Positions 1 through 13,645 of a stretch of DNA of 64,000 nucleotides are shown one piece after another. The DNA is from Selaginella moellendorffii. Its lineage: Eukaryota > Plantae > Lycopodiophyta. Below the pieces are notes generated by a model. That model was not told the origin of the DNA. It was given only the letters and a program-made list of their open reading frames with translations, and ran no database searches. The position numbers and the translations under genes were made by a program. The stretch is from NCBI RefSeq assembly GCF_000143415.4, contig NW_003314311.1:1186769-1250768 (forward strand), given 5' to 3'. Within the stretch, counting starts at the first letter, position 1. The number at the start of each line of letters is the position of its first letter.

Positions 1-112
1 TAATTGTTGATGAAGAACTATTAAAAAGAACGCAAGTACCACCTGAGAAGTGACATTCCAAATGTAGTAGTATCACCATCGCCGTGATAAAAGCCTTATG
101 AAATCTTCTCAT
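1..112 (-). CDS. 5' part of a small secreted-peptide precursor (paralog of 1376-1660), runs off the window
   Basis: ATG at 112 opens MRRFHKAFITAMVILLHLECHFSGGTCVLFNSSSSTI with no stop; DNA 60-200 aligns with 1608-1745. Confidence 0.5.
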   Translation of the reverse strand, partial: MRRFHKAFITAMVILLHLECHFSGGTCVLFNSSSSTI

Positions 113-1375
113 CCTTTCTGGTTTTGTGAGATCTCGGCGAGCACTATACATTTATCACAAGCTGCAATGCAACACGCGGCCACTAGGCAAATGGCTTCTT
201 CGTTAAAAGGTAAGCTCTTAAAAAGATCTAAACTCGTGGTTATCCGCATGATAACGGAGATTGAAGCTTTGTCAAGATCAAGTCGGACACGGGACTCAAG
301 TTCTTCACCCCATGCATCTGGAGCGTCTTTTTCGTCTTGGTCCACCACCCCAGGCTCGCCTTCGGAAAAGCCCCGGTTCTGACTTAATTACGTAAATTTG
401 CACCTCCACAAAAATTTACATGACTTGAATAAATATATGTACTACTCGGCAAACTAGGATTGTTCCTTGTGGCAAATTTACACAGAATCAAAAAGAGATT
501 ACCACCAATCATGTGGGATAGGAGTTCACATGTTGCCGCACAATCAGCAAGAATTGTAACACTGCTGGTGATAAACATTTGCAACTTTCTACTTGGTTTC
601 TCTTTGACTTCTTCCGCAGTCTCACAGCCACAAGATTCAAAACCAGTTCGCAAAGTTTTCTTCTAACCCAAAATATATTTCTCATTCATGTAAAGTATGC
701 TCGAAGATCAAACATGACTCGTACAAACTGAACATGGACTTTCCCCTGAGAACATGACAACTTGCACTGGACAAAGTTTGATCCTGCTGTGTTTCGTATG
801 TAGTCGTTCATATAGTTCAAGTAGTATTAGAAATAGTTTCAAAAACACAATCTCACCAACACCAGATGGTTCTCCAAGACCGAAAGAAAACGTTACAACT
901 CTGGTCAAAGATGGTTCAGGACTTCCAGTCGTAACAACAACAGGGGATGCATTCAAGCCATTCTAGTGTCCCTGTGTATTAGTTAAGCCCCAGCCATTGC
1001 ATGCGCTCAGATTTCCTGCAACGCACATTTGTGACCACGGGATGCTTGGCCACCATCTGCATGAGCAGCTCGTTCATTCTCACGATGGATAAATTGCCAC
1101 CCAATGCTTGATTATTCGAGAGAATAATCAGCTGGCCTTGTCCATTCTCTCACTGAAGTTGGCCGCGAGCTCCACCGAGTAATTCTAGAGTTCTAGAGCA
1201 TAATAGTCTTGCAGAAGTATGCTACCTTTCTATTTATTCCGGACTGTACGGAGCTGTCCATTGTTTTATACAAGAGAAAAATGTTAAGCATATCTTTGTG
1301 ATTCTTAGTTCTTTATCTTTGTGTAGCCAGCATTTCCCGTCGTGAGATATGGGATGGGGCTTTTCGAATCGCGTT

Positions 1376-1660
1376 TTATGGGTTGCAGCAGAGGGGTGGC
1401 TGACGATTCCCCGGTCGAAATTCTCCAAATTCGGCTGGAAATTTATAGCGATGGTAAAGAGAAAACTAGAGATTTTCAAACGAATACTTACTAGGACTTG
1501 GAGGAGGAGCTTCCTCCAGCAGCTTTCTCACAATCCCCTTGTTGATTGTGAATGGTGCAGTGGCCGAGGAAGAACTACCAAAGAGAGGCCATACGAAGTG
1601 AAGATGTAAATGTAGTAGTATCACCATCGCCACAATGAAAGTGATGCAAAATCTCCTCAT
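1376..1660 (-). CDS. Putative 75-aa small secreted peptide precursor (2 exons: 1660-1492, 1434-1376)
   Basis: Signal-peptide-like N-terminus and RKLL motif. A 57-nt GTAAGT...TTTCCAG intron joins in frame to TEFGEFRPGNRQPPLCCNP*. Confidence 0.55.
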
Positions 1661-2858
1661 TCTTGCTGGTTTTGTGACCCATCAATCAATTTATCACGAA
1701 TGCAACACGTGGTCAATTGACTAGCCCAGCAAATGCTTGCTTCTCTAAATTTTCACGTGCACGAATTTAGTCATACCGCCTGAAAATGAAGACTACAGAA
1801 TGTCATAATTGACATCTTCAAGCTGTTCCTGGTTGACTTTTACAATCATAGTTGGTCAAATTATTTATAGTTTAATAGTTCAGATTCCATGTCCACCTCC
1901 ACCTTTCAATGTGTTGTGACAGAACACTTGATTAGCCTGTATTTTGAGAGGAACTTACTGCTTAACACAGCTAAAAAAACGTGATCAAATTGTGTCCAGT
2001 ACTAGTCCAAGTTTATGTTGCAGCATTTTGTAGCATTAGGGAGCACAAACTAAAGAGACCTTTTTGTTATGTTTGCTCACATGCTTGAGTGTTGCTTGTC
2101 ACGTCATTATCCATCCTAGCTATGGTTTATATTTGCCTGAAGGTTGCAAGCAACTTTTTAAGCCATTAGATCCAGCTATTTTTTGGTTTGCTTAAGAAAA
2201 CCTGTAAGTGGATTCTAAATGCTTGGATATTTTAGGATATTTTACCATCTAATAGTTGTTATTAATTTAGATTAATCTTGAATTTATAATTTATAAACTT
2301 TCTTAAACCCTTTCTAGTATATTCTTTTTTATTCTATCATCTAAATGGTTGTAATGAGATTAATCTTGTGTTTATAAATTACAAACATGCTTATAATTAT
2401 AAACTTTATTTGATCAATTAGATTAATAACTATAAATAACACTACTATTAAGCAAACCAAGTGTTGCTATATGCAATGCATAGCAATTTATTTAACCATG
2501 GTTTACTGAAATATTTTGATAAGGTTTTGTCTGGATTAATAATTGTTTAGGGGTTTTGTGAGAGAAAAAGAAAATTTGACACACAACAATGATATGAGAT
2601 ATTGCATCTCCCACTTGTTATTGCATATACTTTAACTCCACTTCATGTGGGAGATTGTAGTACACCCTGATATGCACATTTGTACGAGAATCAAAATGGT
2701 GTTACTTGCTCCCTCAATTCCATTCCCACTAAGCAAAGACTATGGCAATGGGCATTATATTTACACATGTGTGGATTTATTTATTTATTTTGAGTTGCAT
2801 ACAAATATATTATATACACAATCACTTTTCAATTGTTATATAAGCAATCAAAATGTGT

Positions 2859-4371
2859 TGTGAGGAAGTGTATGGCTCCAATGCCATATACTAATATTAG
2901 TATAGTGAGATTTTAATAGCCATTAGATTGATTTTAAGCTGAACCTTTCACTTAATGTATATAAATTAGAGTTTTTGGGCAAATTAATATATACATTCAT
3001 GTATTCCATTTCTATATTCCATACACTTACATTAGTGGAGGTGGGATGTAGTTTTAATTGTCCCTAAGAAGTGCTTGGATTTAGATTTTAGTTTAGATTT
3101 AGCTTTTGCACTATCTAAATCTCACTTTTCTTATAGCTTTTTCAATTTATTTTCAATTGTTTTTTCCTTTTCATTCATCTTTATGCTATAGTAGTAGCAT
3201 CCTCCTCCTTTGACTTAGATGTTATATACTTGCAATTGAATAATTAAACTTAATTGATAGTGGTATTCATGATGGCAAAGTTCCTCCTACTTTTGTTGCC
3301 AATCCTTGTATTTAGTTAGAGTTTTTTTTTGGGAATTTTAGGGATGATATGTACCATTAGTTTGATCACTTTATAATAATTGCTACCTATCATTCTTGGG
3401 ATGATGTTTGGTGTTTACATAAGTTTCCCATGTGTTTCAAAGGGACACCATTGCAGTGGTACAAAAGTTTAAGTTTAGCCACTCATATGGATTGGAGCAT
3501 TCTTTTAGACATTTTCAAATATACATTTGGACATGCTAGCAATTGTGATAATGTTTTTTAACAATTGCATTATCTTCATTAAGGGCCATCTGAGTTAGTG
3601 ATGTAATTTGATATTCACTTTAGAGCCTTTTGCTTCATGTGAAGCTAAATATGTCAGAGTAGATCAAATCCTTCCTGGCAAGAAAAATAATCATATTTTA
3701 AGTAGACATAAGTAAAAATACACTTTACTTATGGGAATGTAATGGTTAACACTTTGTCAAGATCTTGTGGAATTTGTGAATAAATTTGCTCCAACCATCC
3801 TTGATAATGCTCTTTGACTGGCATAACGTTATGAGACATCACTTCTTCCACTTTTTATTATATATCTTTCACCCCCACTTCATGTGGGACATGGTTCTAT
3901 TCTAATAGAAGTTGATGTTATTGTTACTTGTATTCAAAGACAAGGACAAAGATATGGTTATAGCCGTGATATTTGTTATTAGGCTTGTGATGAGGTTAGC
4001 CATATATATTGGCATTATATACATTTTCTTGGATTGACATCTTCCATTTCTTAGGACTTGATACCTTTTTAATACCAAATATAAGTTTCTAACTTTGAAC
4101 TTCCCAAAAGTTCACCCAACCCAATACTATTCAAACCTAAGGATTTATCTTTAAATATTCTAAAACCTTTAACCGATTGGAAAAAAAGAGTGCATTTTTA
4201 TTTATAAATTCAAGTCGTTCCCTTCAGTTCTTTATAAAGGTGATTATGTTGTAATTACTTTGTTATTAAAGCAAAAGAACTTAGTTAGTCATATTATTTG
4301 GTGGACCTTAAAGCTTCAAGTATATAATTTCAAGGTTGTTTATCGCCCAGGGAGTTCTATAATTAATGTTA
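2859..4371 (+). mobile_element. Old, decayed Ty3/Gypsy remnant, same family as 32638-44773 (LTR 2859-3031, gag remnant, RNase H fragment)
   Basis: LTR aligns to 44599-44773 and is followed by the same TTAGTGGAGGTG PBS; 3230-3660 aligns to gag at 33050-33200/40872-41160; 4237-4370 aligns to 42927-43050. Many C>T/G>A changes. Confidence 0.8.
4070..4236 (-). mobile_element. Degenerate Cassandra TRIM LTR remnant with PBS trace
   Basis: taataccaaatataag...cttcccaaaagttcacccaacccaatactattcaaacc...ttaaccgattggaaaa...agtcgttccct aligns to 59054-59258. Confidence 0.7.
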
Positions 4372-7300
4372 TGTAGTGCACATAAAATTGGAGCCAAACT
4401 CCAAGCCCATTGCACTATGAAATGAGGGTCTGGTACAATCCCATGAGCACTAGCTCCTTGTATCCAGCACTTACACACAAAATGGTGTCAGACAGAGTCT
4501 GGCACAATTTTGGCATACCAGTGGCTTAACGCGAGGAGGAGGGTACCCCAACGACTAAAGTAGCATGGAGCTTGGACTTAGAACCAAGTCGGACGTAGAA
4601 CAAGGAGTGACACAGCCTAGCGGGAGCTAAATTAATATCTCAAATGGTTAGACATGCATCCCAACCACTATCCCTACTATACATTTGGAACCTTCCATAT
4701 CCCCCCCCCCCCCTAAGGAACACACGTTTTAGGCTTTCACCCCAAGCCTCCCTTAGTACCAAGAGTTAATCTTTGGGACAAGCTCGAAACTTACTAAATA
4801 TAGAATGTCCTTAGATTCCAAATTTGGATACGGGACGAACACCATTATGTTCAAGCCGATCTCTACATTCCGTAGATACGCTAAATGAGCGAATCTAGAC
4901 ACTTTCCATAAATAGCATTTAGGACCAAAATGAGACTAACATAAAGGGCATGATAGCGAGGGTGTTTGGCAGACACGGTAAGCTATTATCCGGTGATATT
5001 GAGGGACTAGTCTCAATATCACGGGGGTTCTTGATACTAGCAAGTGTAAGTTAATGATACGAGTTTTTCAAACCAGGCTGAGTATGCTCAGCGAGAAACA
5101 CATAGTGTTCCTACCTTATATTTGTCCAATTTAAGTGCAAGGTTATTGACCAGTTTCTCAACTAGCTCAAGTGGGAACGATAAAGGGAACCAATTGTACC
5201 GACCTCCTGCCATCATGGCAGTAAGGAAAGAGTGTCCATAAGGATTGGCTGACAAGTATCTTTCAATACCCGAAGTCATATTCGCGACACTCTCCCCCCC
5301 TTAGGGAAGATCGACGTCCTCGTCGATGCATACCTGAGTCTAGCAAACCATCAAGGAAACAACTTCGAAAGTTAATGGAAAGCACACTATGGGGGAAACA
5401 CACCGACTTAAATTAATTATAGAATGTCCAATGAAACGGAATACTACTCTTCATCAACTCAGTCAATGGAAGAGTAGTATTCCGTTGACTGAGTTGATGA
5501 AGAGTAGTATTCAACTACTCTTCATCAACTGAAGAGTAGTTGAATACTACTCTTCAGTTGATGAAGAGTAGTTGAATACTACTCTTCATCAACTGAAGAG
5601 TAGTATTCTCTTCAGTTGATGAAGAGAATACTACTTATGATAGTATCCCACTACACCGAGAAAGGAATGAATATCTAATATAGTGGTCGGGACTTCCCAG
5701 GACTTCACTGCTTCCACCTTCTTTAGATCGACCTCAATTACACCACCACCAACTATATGTCCGAGAAAGTTTACGCACAATTGTCCAAAAGCGCATTTAC
5801 TTTCCTTAGCATACAATTGGTGTTCACGCAATATCTAAAACACCAACTCCAAGTGTTTCAAATGATCCTCCAATATTTCACTAAAGACAACAAATACATC
5901 TAAATAATCTCTGAATATTCTATCCATCATAGTGCTGAATGTTGCCGGAGCATTGCATAACCCAAATGGTATGACAAAGAACTCATAAGATCCATACCGA
6001 GTCTTAAAGGGTGTCTTCTCCACATCCTAATCTGCCACCCGTATCTGATGATACCCGGACCACAAATCAAGTTGCATAAAATACTTAGCTTTTAAGAGTT
6101 GATTAAACAAGTCATCAATGTGAGGCAAAGGATAATTGTTTTTGACTTTGATCTTGTTGAGTGCCTGATAGTCGATACACATCCTCATGGTTCCATCCTT
6201 TTTCATAACAAAAAGGACTAACGCTCCATAAGGTGACTTGGTTGGTTAGATATGATCTTTGTCAAGAAGCTCCATGAGTTGCTTTTTGAGTTCAACCATC
6301 TCCTTGATGTTCAAATGATACAGAGCTTTCGTAGGTGGTTTAGAACCCGGAATAACCTCAATCCGATGATCAACCTCACAGTTAGGAGGTAGTTCTAGCA
6401 GCAAATCCTTCAGGAAGATATCCTGATTCTGCGCCAACAACTCCAATATCTTCTTTAGTACAGGATCAACCCCGTCGCCGACTCGAACTGAGTCACCAAC
6501 ACCCTTAGCTTCCATCACTTGAACCCAAAAGGTTTGACATCCCAATCCTTTGAGGAGTGCTTTTGCAATTGAAAGGATACATCAGGACATCCTTCAGACT
6601 TCAACGTGATACGACTTTATCCAACACCATAAATCCCTTTAATATATTTGTTGAAGAAGTCCATACCAAACACTATCTGAAAATCTAGTATCTCCAACAC
6701 TACCAAATCCACTCTTTCTTTCCACTTAAATATTTTTATTGAAACATCACTCACAAACTTTTTGGCTACTTGCCCACCTTCCGCAAACCAGAAGTGCATA
6801 GGTGACATTTGCTCAACATTCAATCCTAACAACTTAACTAAGTCTTTGGATATCACACTGTGCGTAGCTCCTGTGTCAATCATCACTCAGATTCGGTGTT
6901 TGTGAACAAAGCCTACTAGATACATCAACAAATCCGTATTTGCATTGATTGTGAGAAAAGCTTAAGGAAAGCAACGAAAGTAACTCACCTCCTATTCCTC
7001 ATAGTCTGCATTGACCAACTCGTGAACCCCTACCGAATGGTGCAATCCAATTAATCCTACACAAGTTTCAGATTTACTAGAAAAGTCTCTACGTATGCAA
7101 GTTGAGTCAGAAAATCCGGTAAAAGTTGGATAGGAATCGCCAAGACAATTTCCTCTGATACCAAATGTAGCACTCATGAATTTGGAGCCGAACTCTAGGC
7201 TTGTTGTGCTACAAAATGAGGGTCCGGTACAATCCCATGAGCATCAGCTCCCCGTATCCAGCACCTGCATGCAAAATGGTGTCAGATGGAGTCTGGCACA

Positions 7301-7658
7301 ATTTTGGCATATTGGTGGCCTAACGCGAGGAGGAGGGTACCCCAACAACTAGAGCAGCATGGAGCTTGGACTTAGAACCAAGTCGGACACAGAACAAGGA
7401 GTGACACAGCCCAGCAGGAGCCAAACTAATGTCTCAAGTGTCTCAGCCCCCCCTTGATACTAACAAGTGCAAGCTAATGACACGAGTTTCTCAAACCAGG
7501 CCGAGTATGCTCAGCAAGAAACACATAGGGTTCCTACCTTATGTTTATCTAATTTAAGTGCAAGGTCATTGATCAGTTTCTCAACTAACTCAAGTGGGAA
7601 TGATAAAGAGAACCAACTGTACAAGTATGTTTCAATACCCAAAGTCACATTCACGACA
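4372..7658 (-). mobile_element. Internally deleted Ty3/Gypsy LTR retrotransposon (LTRs 4372-5289 and 7166-7658; protease and RT remnants)
   Basis: TG..CA LTRs; PBS TGGTATCAGAG at 7163-7153; PPT at 5290-5305; MIDTGATHS protease and RT fragments. Most of gag and RNase H/integrase are missing. No TSD seen. Confidence 0.9.
5475..5633. repeat. Palindromic templated-insertion patchwork inside pol
   Basis: Alternating forward and reverse copies of TACTACTCTTCATCAACT, copied from 5435-5474; absent from the homologous segment at 9735-9820. Confidence 0.85.
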
Positions 7659-10600
7659 CCCAAGTACTAATGAATGCTAGAGACGAAACTTTGATTTATA
7701 GAAATATATTACTCTATTGATTTTCAAGATTTATTACAAAGTTTACCAAAGCTAGTCTTTATTATTATTCTCATACTCCGTGACAAGCTTATAAGCATGT
7801 GTAAGATTCCTAAAAGGTTCCCAAGTTGATTCACAAGTCGGGTAACCTTTCCACTTTACTAGATATTCCTTTGAATGACAACCACGAGCTTTGCAGGACA
7901 AGAGAATCACCTTGACCTTATACCCAAGGTCACCATGCACAACTTCTAGTGGGGGATGAATGTCTATAGAGCGATCTACATCAACACGATATGGTGCCAA
8001 TAAACTGATATGAAACACATCGTGTACATGGGACAACTCATCCGGAAGATCCAACTTGTAGGATACATCACTAACTCGCGCCAATACCCGATAGGGTCTA
8101 ACATATCTCGGTAACAGCTTCCGAGACAAAGATCCCTTAATGTTTAAGTTCTAGGAAAATAGCCACACCTAATCTCCCACTTGATAGAATACATCCTGAT
8201 GATGCTGATCCTTATCACGTCGATACCTATCCTGAGCTTTGCCCACACCTCAATAGCTCTAGACCAACCTTGGTGTAGTTGCTCTGCATAAGTCTCAATG
8301 GCTAGGACCAACACTTCGGACATTGGTTTCCATACAGTAATCTATTGAGGCACCCCACAAGCATTTCCTTGCAGCATCTTCCATGGAGAATAGCCAATAG
8401 TACTGTGAAATGTGTTGTTATAACAGATTTCTACTATGTTTAAATGCTCAACCCAATTGCGTTGGTCTGCCGCGACATAGTACCGCAAATAATCCTCAAC
8501 TTGAGCATTCACATGTTCTGTTTGCCCACTAGTTTGAGGATGATAAGCCGTACTAAACTTCAATTTGGTACCAAACAGCTGGAACAATATGCCCCAAAAC
8601 TTCCCTATAAACCTCGAATCTCTATCTGAGATCATCTATTCAAGAAGTCCACAAACCTGCACTACTTCATGGAAAAAGAGTTTTGCTACTTGTTTTGCAT
8701 TCATTATTCTCACCGTTGGAATGAAGTGTGCAATCTTCGACAACCAATCCACAACCACCATCAAAGTATCATAACCCTTAGACTTTAGTAAGCAAGTGAT
8801 GAAATCAAGTGTCACACTCTGAAATGGCCATGCCGGTGTTGAAATGCACTACAACTTTTCAACTTGCTTCTCAGTTCTGCTTACATTGCTGGCATATAGG
8901 GCAGGAATGGACATAGTCCGCTATATCACCTTCCATACTAGACCAGAAAAATCCCTTTTTCAATGAAGCCAGAGTCTTTCACTTTCCACCATGTCCCATT
9001 GCCAAAACATCATGATTTTCCTGCAGAAACAACTACTACAAATCCTTAGAGGGAAGATACAACCTTTTTTGTTTATAAAATATAAGCCCATCCTGAACTG
9101 AGAAGTGAAGTTTCGCATTGGTTTTATTAACAACTTTTGCCGCTTCACTACCAAAGTTCTACTTTGACAACTCCGCAAGGTGCAAGATTGTCTTCGCCAA
9201 CAAATCACTTCCATACGAAACCTAAACATCCTCCAACCAGTCCAAACTGATTGCCGATATTGCCTAGAATTGAGCTTGACGACTCAATGCATCCGGAACA
9301 ATATTGACTTTACCAGATTTATATATGATTTCAATATCATATCTAGCAAGCTTCTCTTGCCAACGAGCCTACTTTGGCATAAGCTTAGGCTATGTAATAA
9401 AGTAGCTCAGTGTGTTACTATCTGTATAAACCTTACCCAAATAGTGTCTCCAGTATTCCAAGGCTGACACTATAGCAAACATCTCTTTCTCATGCATTGG
9501 CCATCTTCATTGAGTTTCATCTAATTTCTTGGAATAGAATGCAATGGGACAACCATGTTGCCTTAGTGTAACACCAATCGCTTTGTTACAATCTTTCTAT
9601 AACACAGCACCAATAGCATAGCCAGATGCATCACAATGCACTTCAAAGTGTTTATCAAGATCTGGGATCATGAGAATAAAAACTGTAGTCAAGATCTCCT
9701 TCAATCGTACAAAAGCATGTTGACAATCTGGTGCCAATGAAATGGTATATTGCTCTTCATTAACTCAATCGATGAAAGAGGAATTTTTGCAAAATTGCGG
9801 ACAAACTTGCGATAGTATCCCGCTAAACCGAGAAAGGAACGAACATTTGATACAGTGGTTGGGACTTCCCAGGACTTCAGCGCTTCCACCTTCTTTGGAT
9901 CCACCTCAATTACGCCACTACCAACTATATGTCTAAGAAAGTTTATGCGCAACTAACATATTTACTTTTCTTAGCATATAGTTTGTGTTCACGCAATTTC
10001 TGAAACACCAACTCCAAGTGTTTCAAATGATCGTCCAATGTTTCACTAAAGACTAAAACATCGTCAATATATAGGATAATAAATGTGTCCAAATAATCTT
10101 TGAATATTCTATCCATTATAGTGCTGAATGTCATTGGAGCATTGCATAACCCAAATGGCATGACAAGGAACTCATAAAATTTGTACCGTGTCTTAAAAGT
10201 TGTTTTCTCTACATCCTGATCTACCACCCGTATCTGATGATACCCGAACCGCAAATCAAGTCGCGTAAAATACTTAACCTTTAAGAGTTGGTCAAACAAG
10301 TCATCAATGCAAGGTAAAAGATAACTGTTTTTGACCGTGATTTTGTTGAGTGCCCAATAATCAATACAAATCCTCATGGGTCCATCCTTTTTCATAACAA
10401 AAAGTACTGGCGCTCCATAAGGTGACTTGCTTAGTTAGATATGACCTTTATCAAGAAGCTCCGTAAGTTGCTTCTTGAATTCAGCCATCTCCTTGATGTT
10501 TAAACAATACGAAGCTTTTGTAGGTGGTTTAGAACCCAGAATAACCTCAATCCGATTATCAACCTCACGGCTAGAGATAGCTCTGGCAGCAAATCCTTTG

Positions 10601-12940
10601 GGAAGATATCCTGATTCTTCGCCAACAACTCCAATATCTTCTTTGGTACAGGATCAACTCCTTCATCAATTCGAACTGAGTCATCAACATCCTCAATTTC
10701 CATCACTTGAACCCAAAAGGTCTGACATCCCTTCTTAGCTAATTTTTGAGCGGCTCTTGCAATCAAGAACTTAGCATCCCAATCCTTTGAGGAGTGCTTT
10801 TGCAACTAGAAGGACACATCAAGATGGCCTTTTGAGTTCAATGTGATACGACTTTGTCCAACATTATAAATCCCTTTAATATATTTGTTGAAGAAGTCCA
10901 TACCAAACACCATCTGAAAATCTAGTATCTCCAACACTACCAAGGTCACTCTTTCTTTCCACTTAGATATTTTTATTGGAACATCACTTACAAACTTTTT
11001 GGCTACTTGCCCACCTTCCATAAACCAGAAGTGCATAGGCAACATTTGCTCAACATTTAATCCTAACAACTTAACTAAGTCTTCGGATATCACACTGTGC
11101 GTAGCTCCTATGTCAATCATCACTTGGATTCAGTGTCTATGAACAAAGCCTACCAAATACATCAACAGATCAGTGTTTGCATTGACTGCAAGAAAAACTT
11201 GAGGAAAGAAACAAAAGTAACTCACCTCCTATTCCTCATAGTTTGCATTGACCAACTCATCAACCCCTTTAGCTTCACCACCACCATCTTCCCTCATGAC
11301 ACTAACACGAGACCTTGTCTTATGCTTGTTGGGACATTCCGAGGACCTATGTCCTGACTCTCCACAATGGAAGTAATGATCCACACTACCCGTTCCATTA
11401 GGAGTAGATTTCATAGGTTGCTGCTGTTTGTACCCACCAAGAAGAGGAACAAAAAGCCTAGAACTAGAAGAAGTTGCTAGTGGTCTTCAAGCACCACCTT
11501 TGTTAACCGTTGCTTGTGAGCTTTTAGGGCGAAACCTTCCTTCCACCCTCTGTTTCCAGTCATCTTGTTTATTCCTAGAATTCTTATTCTTGTCTGAGGT
11601 ACCAGTATATAGCTGCTGATATTGTTCCATGAGCGAGTGACTGAAGGCAACTTACTGCACTACCTCCTTACATTCCATGTACGTCTTCAGCTTAAACTTC
11701 AAAATCTCATTGCGAGAAAGTAAACTTAAACCTTCCAGGAAATAACTTTGAGCATCTTCATCACTCATATTTGCAATTATAATGCGCTTCTGAGCAAACG
11801 CATTAACGTAATGCATGAGGTCCCCTTGCTACTTTAACCGCCGCAACTCCACGCGAAGTCTTAGACCAAGATCATCCGGCAAGTATTCCTTACAGATACA
11901 AGACCGCATCTTAGTTTAACTTCTAGTTTGCCCTTTTTCAGCACACACTTGGCACCACCAAGTTTTGGCATGATCGGTGAGAAATGATTGCATGCACGCA
12001 ACTTTCATATGATCGCTAATGTCTGCCGTTATGGAATAGTTTTCCATATCATAGACCCAATCTTCCAAAACCTAATAGTCCCGCATGCCTTTGAAATTGG
12101 GTAGTTTTGGAGGCTTGAACTTTGAAACTCGTGCAACCGGAGGTGGTTGCAGAATTTCATCGTCCTCAAAATTTAAAGAGGAGTCCGGTTGTTTAAGTTT
12201 AACTAGTTTAACTACCTCAGCTTCGTTCTTCTTTTTTTTGTTCTCCTTCTTCAATTTGTGAACTTTCCTTCACAAATTCTCAATCTCGATTTCCTAAGCC
12301 ATACACTATAATGCTACAGCATTTGGCTCTTCCTTTTCTGATTCGGCCTCATCCTCTTCCGCAGCATCTCTAGCAGGAGTTCACTCCTCTCGATTCACCT
12401 GTCTAAAGGTTTTAGCGTCATCAGCATGATTCCTTTTCACCATCCCACTAGTTGCATGCATGCCTCTATCAGTAACTGAACATGTATACAATGTTCTTAC
12501 CAAATGGTGCAATCTAACTAATCCTATACAAGTCGCTTTAGATCTACCAGAAAAGTCTCTGCATATGCAAATTAAGTCAGAAAATCCGACAAAAGTTGGA
12601 TGAGACAATTCCTTTGATACCAAATGTAGCGCACTTGAATTTATAGCCAAACTCCAAGCCCATTATGCTATGAAATGAGGGTCTAGTACAATCCCACGAG
12701 CACCAGCTCCCCGCATCCAACACTTGCACGCAAAATGGTGTCAGACGGAGTCTGGCATAATTTTGGCATATCGGTGGCCTAACGCGAGGAGGGTACCCCA
12801 CCAACTAGAGCAGCGTGGAATTTGGGCTTAGACCCAAGCCAAATGTAAAACAAGGAGCAATACAGCCTAATGGGAGTCAAACTTATGTTTCAAGTGGTCA
12901 AACATGCATTCCAACCACTATCCCTACTATACATTTGGAG
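7659..12940 (-). mobile_element. Degenerate chromodomain-bearing Ty3/Gypsy element (gag-PR-RT-RH-INT-CHD), truncated LTR 12625-~12940
   Basis: PBS TGGTATCAAAG at 12622-12612; gag with HCGESGHRSSEC knuckle; RT YIDD; integrase ISDRDSRF and STAYHPQT; chromodomain EYLVKWKGYPTCESTWEP (7752-8129). Stops and frameshifts throughout. Confidence 0.92.
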
Positions 12941-13590
12941 TTTACATATTTTATATGCTTCCAACTTTTTGTTACTTGCTTTTTTAATAAGTGTATTTCC
13001 CCCAAAAATTGCCATTACAAATTACTCTCCCTCAATTTTAAATGAAATATTATGTGGATAATAATTAATGAGAAATCTCTTGATCATGTATGGTTTTAAT
13101 GTTATAACTGAAACTGTGATGAGCCAAGAGATTCTTTTGCAAAGTGGTTTCCTCGTCATGCTCACTTTCATTATCATCTTCCATTACTAAAGGCTACTTC
13201 ACCTTCAGAATATGGATCTCACTATAGAGCTCCATGTTTTCTTTAGTGAGCTGGTCATTAATGCACTATATCTTTGCACATACTGTCCTTTGGAAGGATA
13301 TACCTCTAACACTCCTTTTGAGCTGTTAAATGTCACTCTGGATCTTGTTGGGTTTTGTTTATACTATTAGATAAATGAAGGAATCCACTATATTGTCAAA
13401 GTTTCTTTATGGGTACCAAGAATCTCTATTTTAATCAATTGTCTTCCCCACATTGGGTGGCCACAAATTCACAAGGCAAAAAGTGTGGCTTTTTTATGCT
13501 CTTACTCTACACACACTAGTAAAGTTATTAGATTTAGTAAAATTTATTTTTTGATAATATTTTATTTTTAACAGCTGTCTGACACTATAT

Positions 13591-13596
<6 letters not shown>

Positions 13597-13632
<36 letters not shown>
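13597..13632. repeat. (TA)18 microsatellite
   Basis: Direct reading. Confidence 0.95.
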
Positions 13633-13635
<3 letters not shown>

Positions 13636-13645
13636 CATTTTTTAG

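Noticed and set aside
1234-1479. QWTAPYSPE as a Copia integrase remnant
   Set aside because: No other integrase motif nearby; the region is better explained by the peptide gene and its 3' flank.
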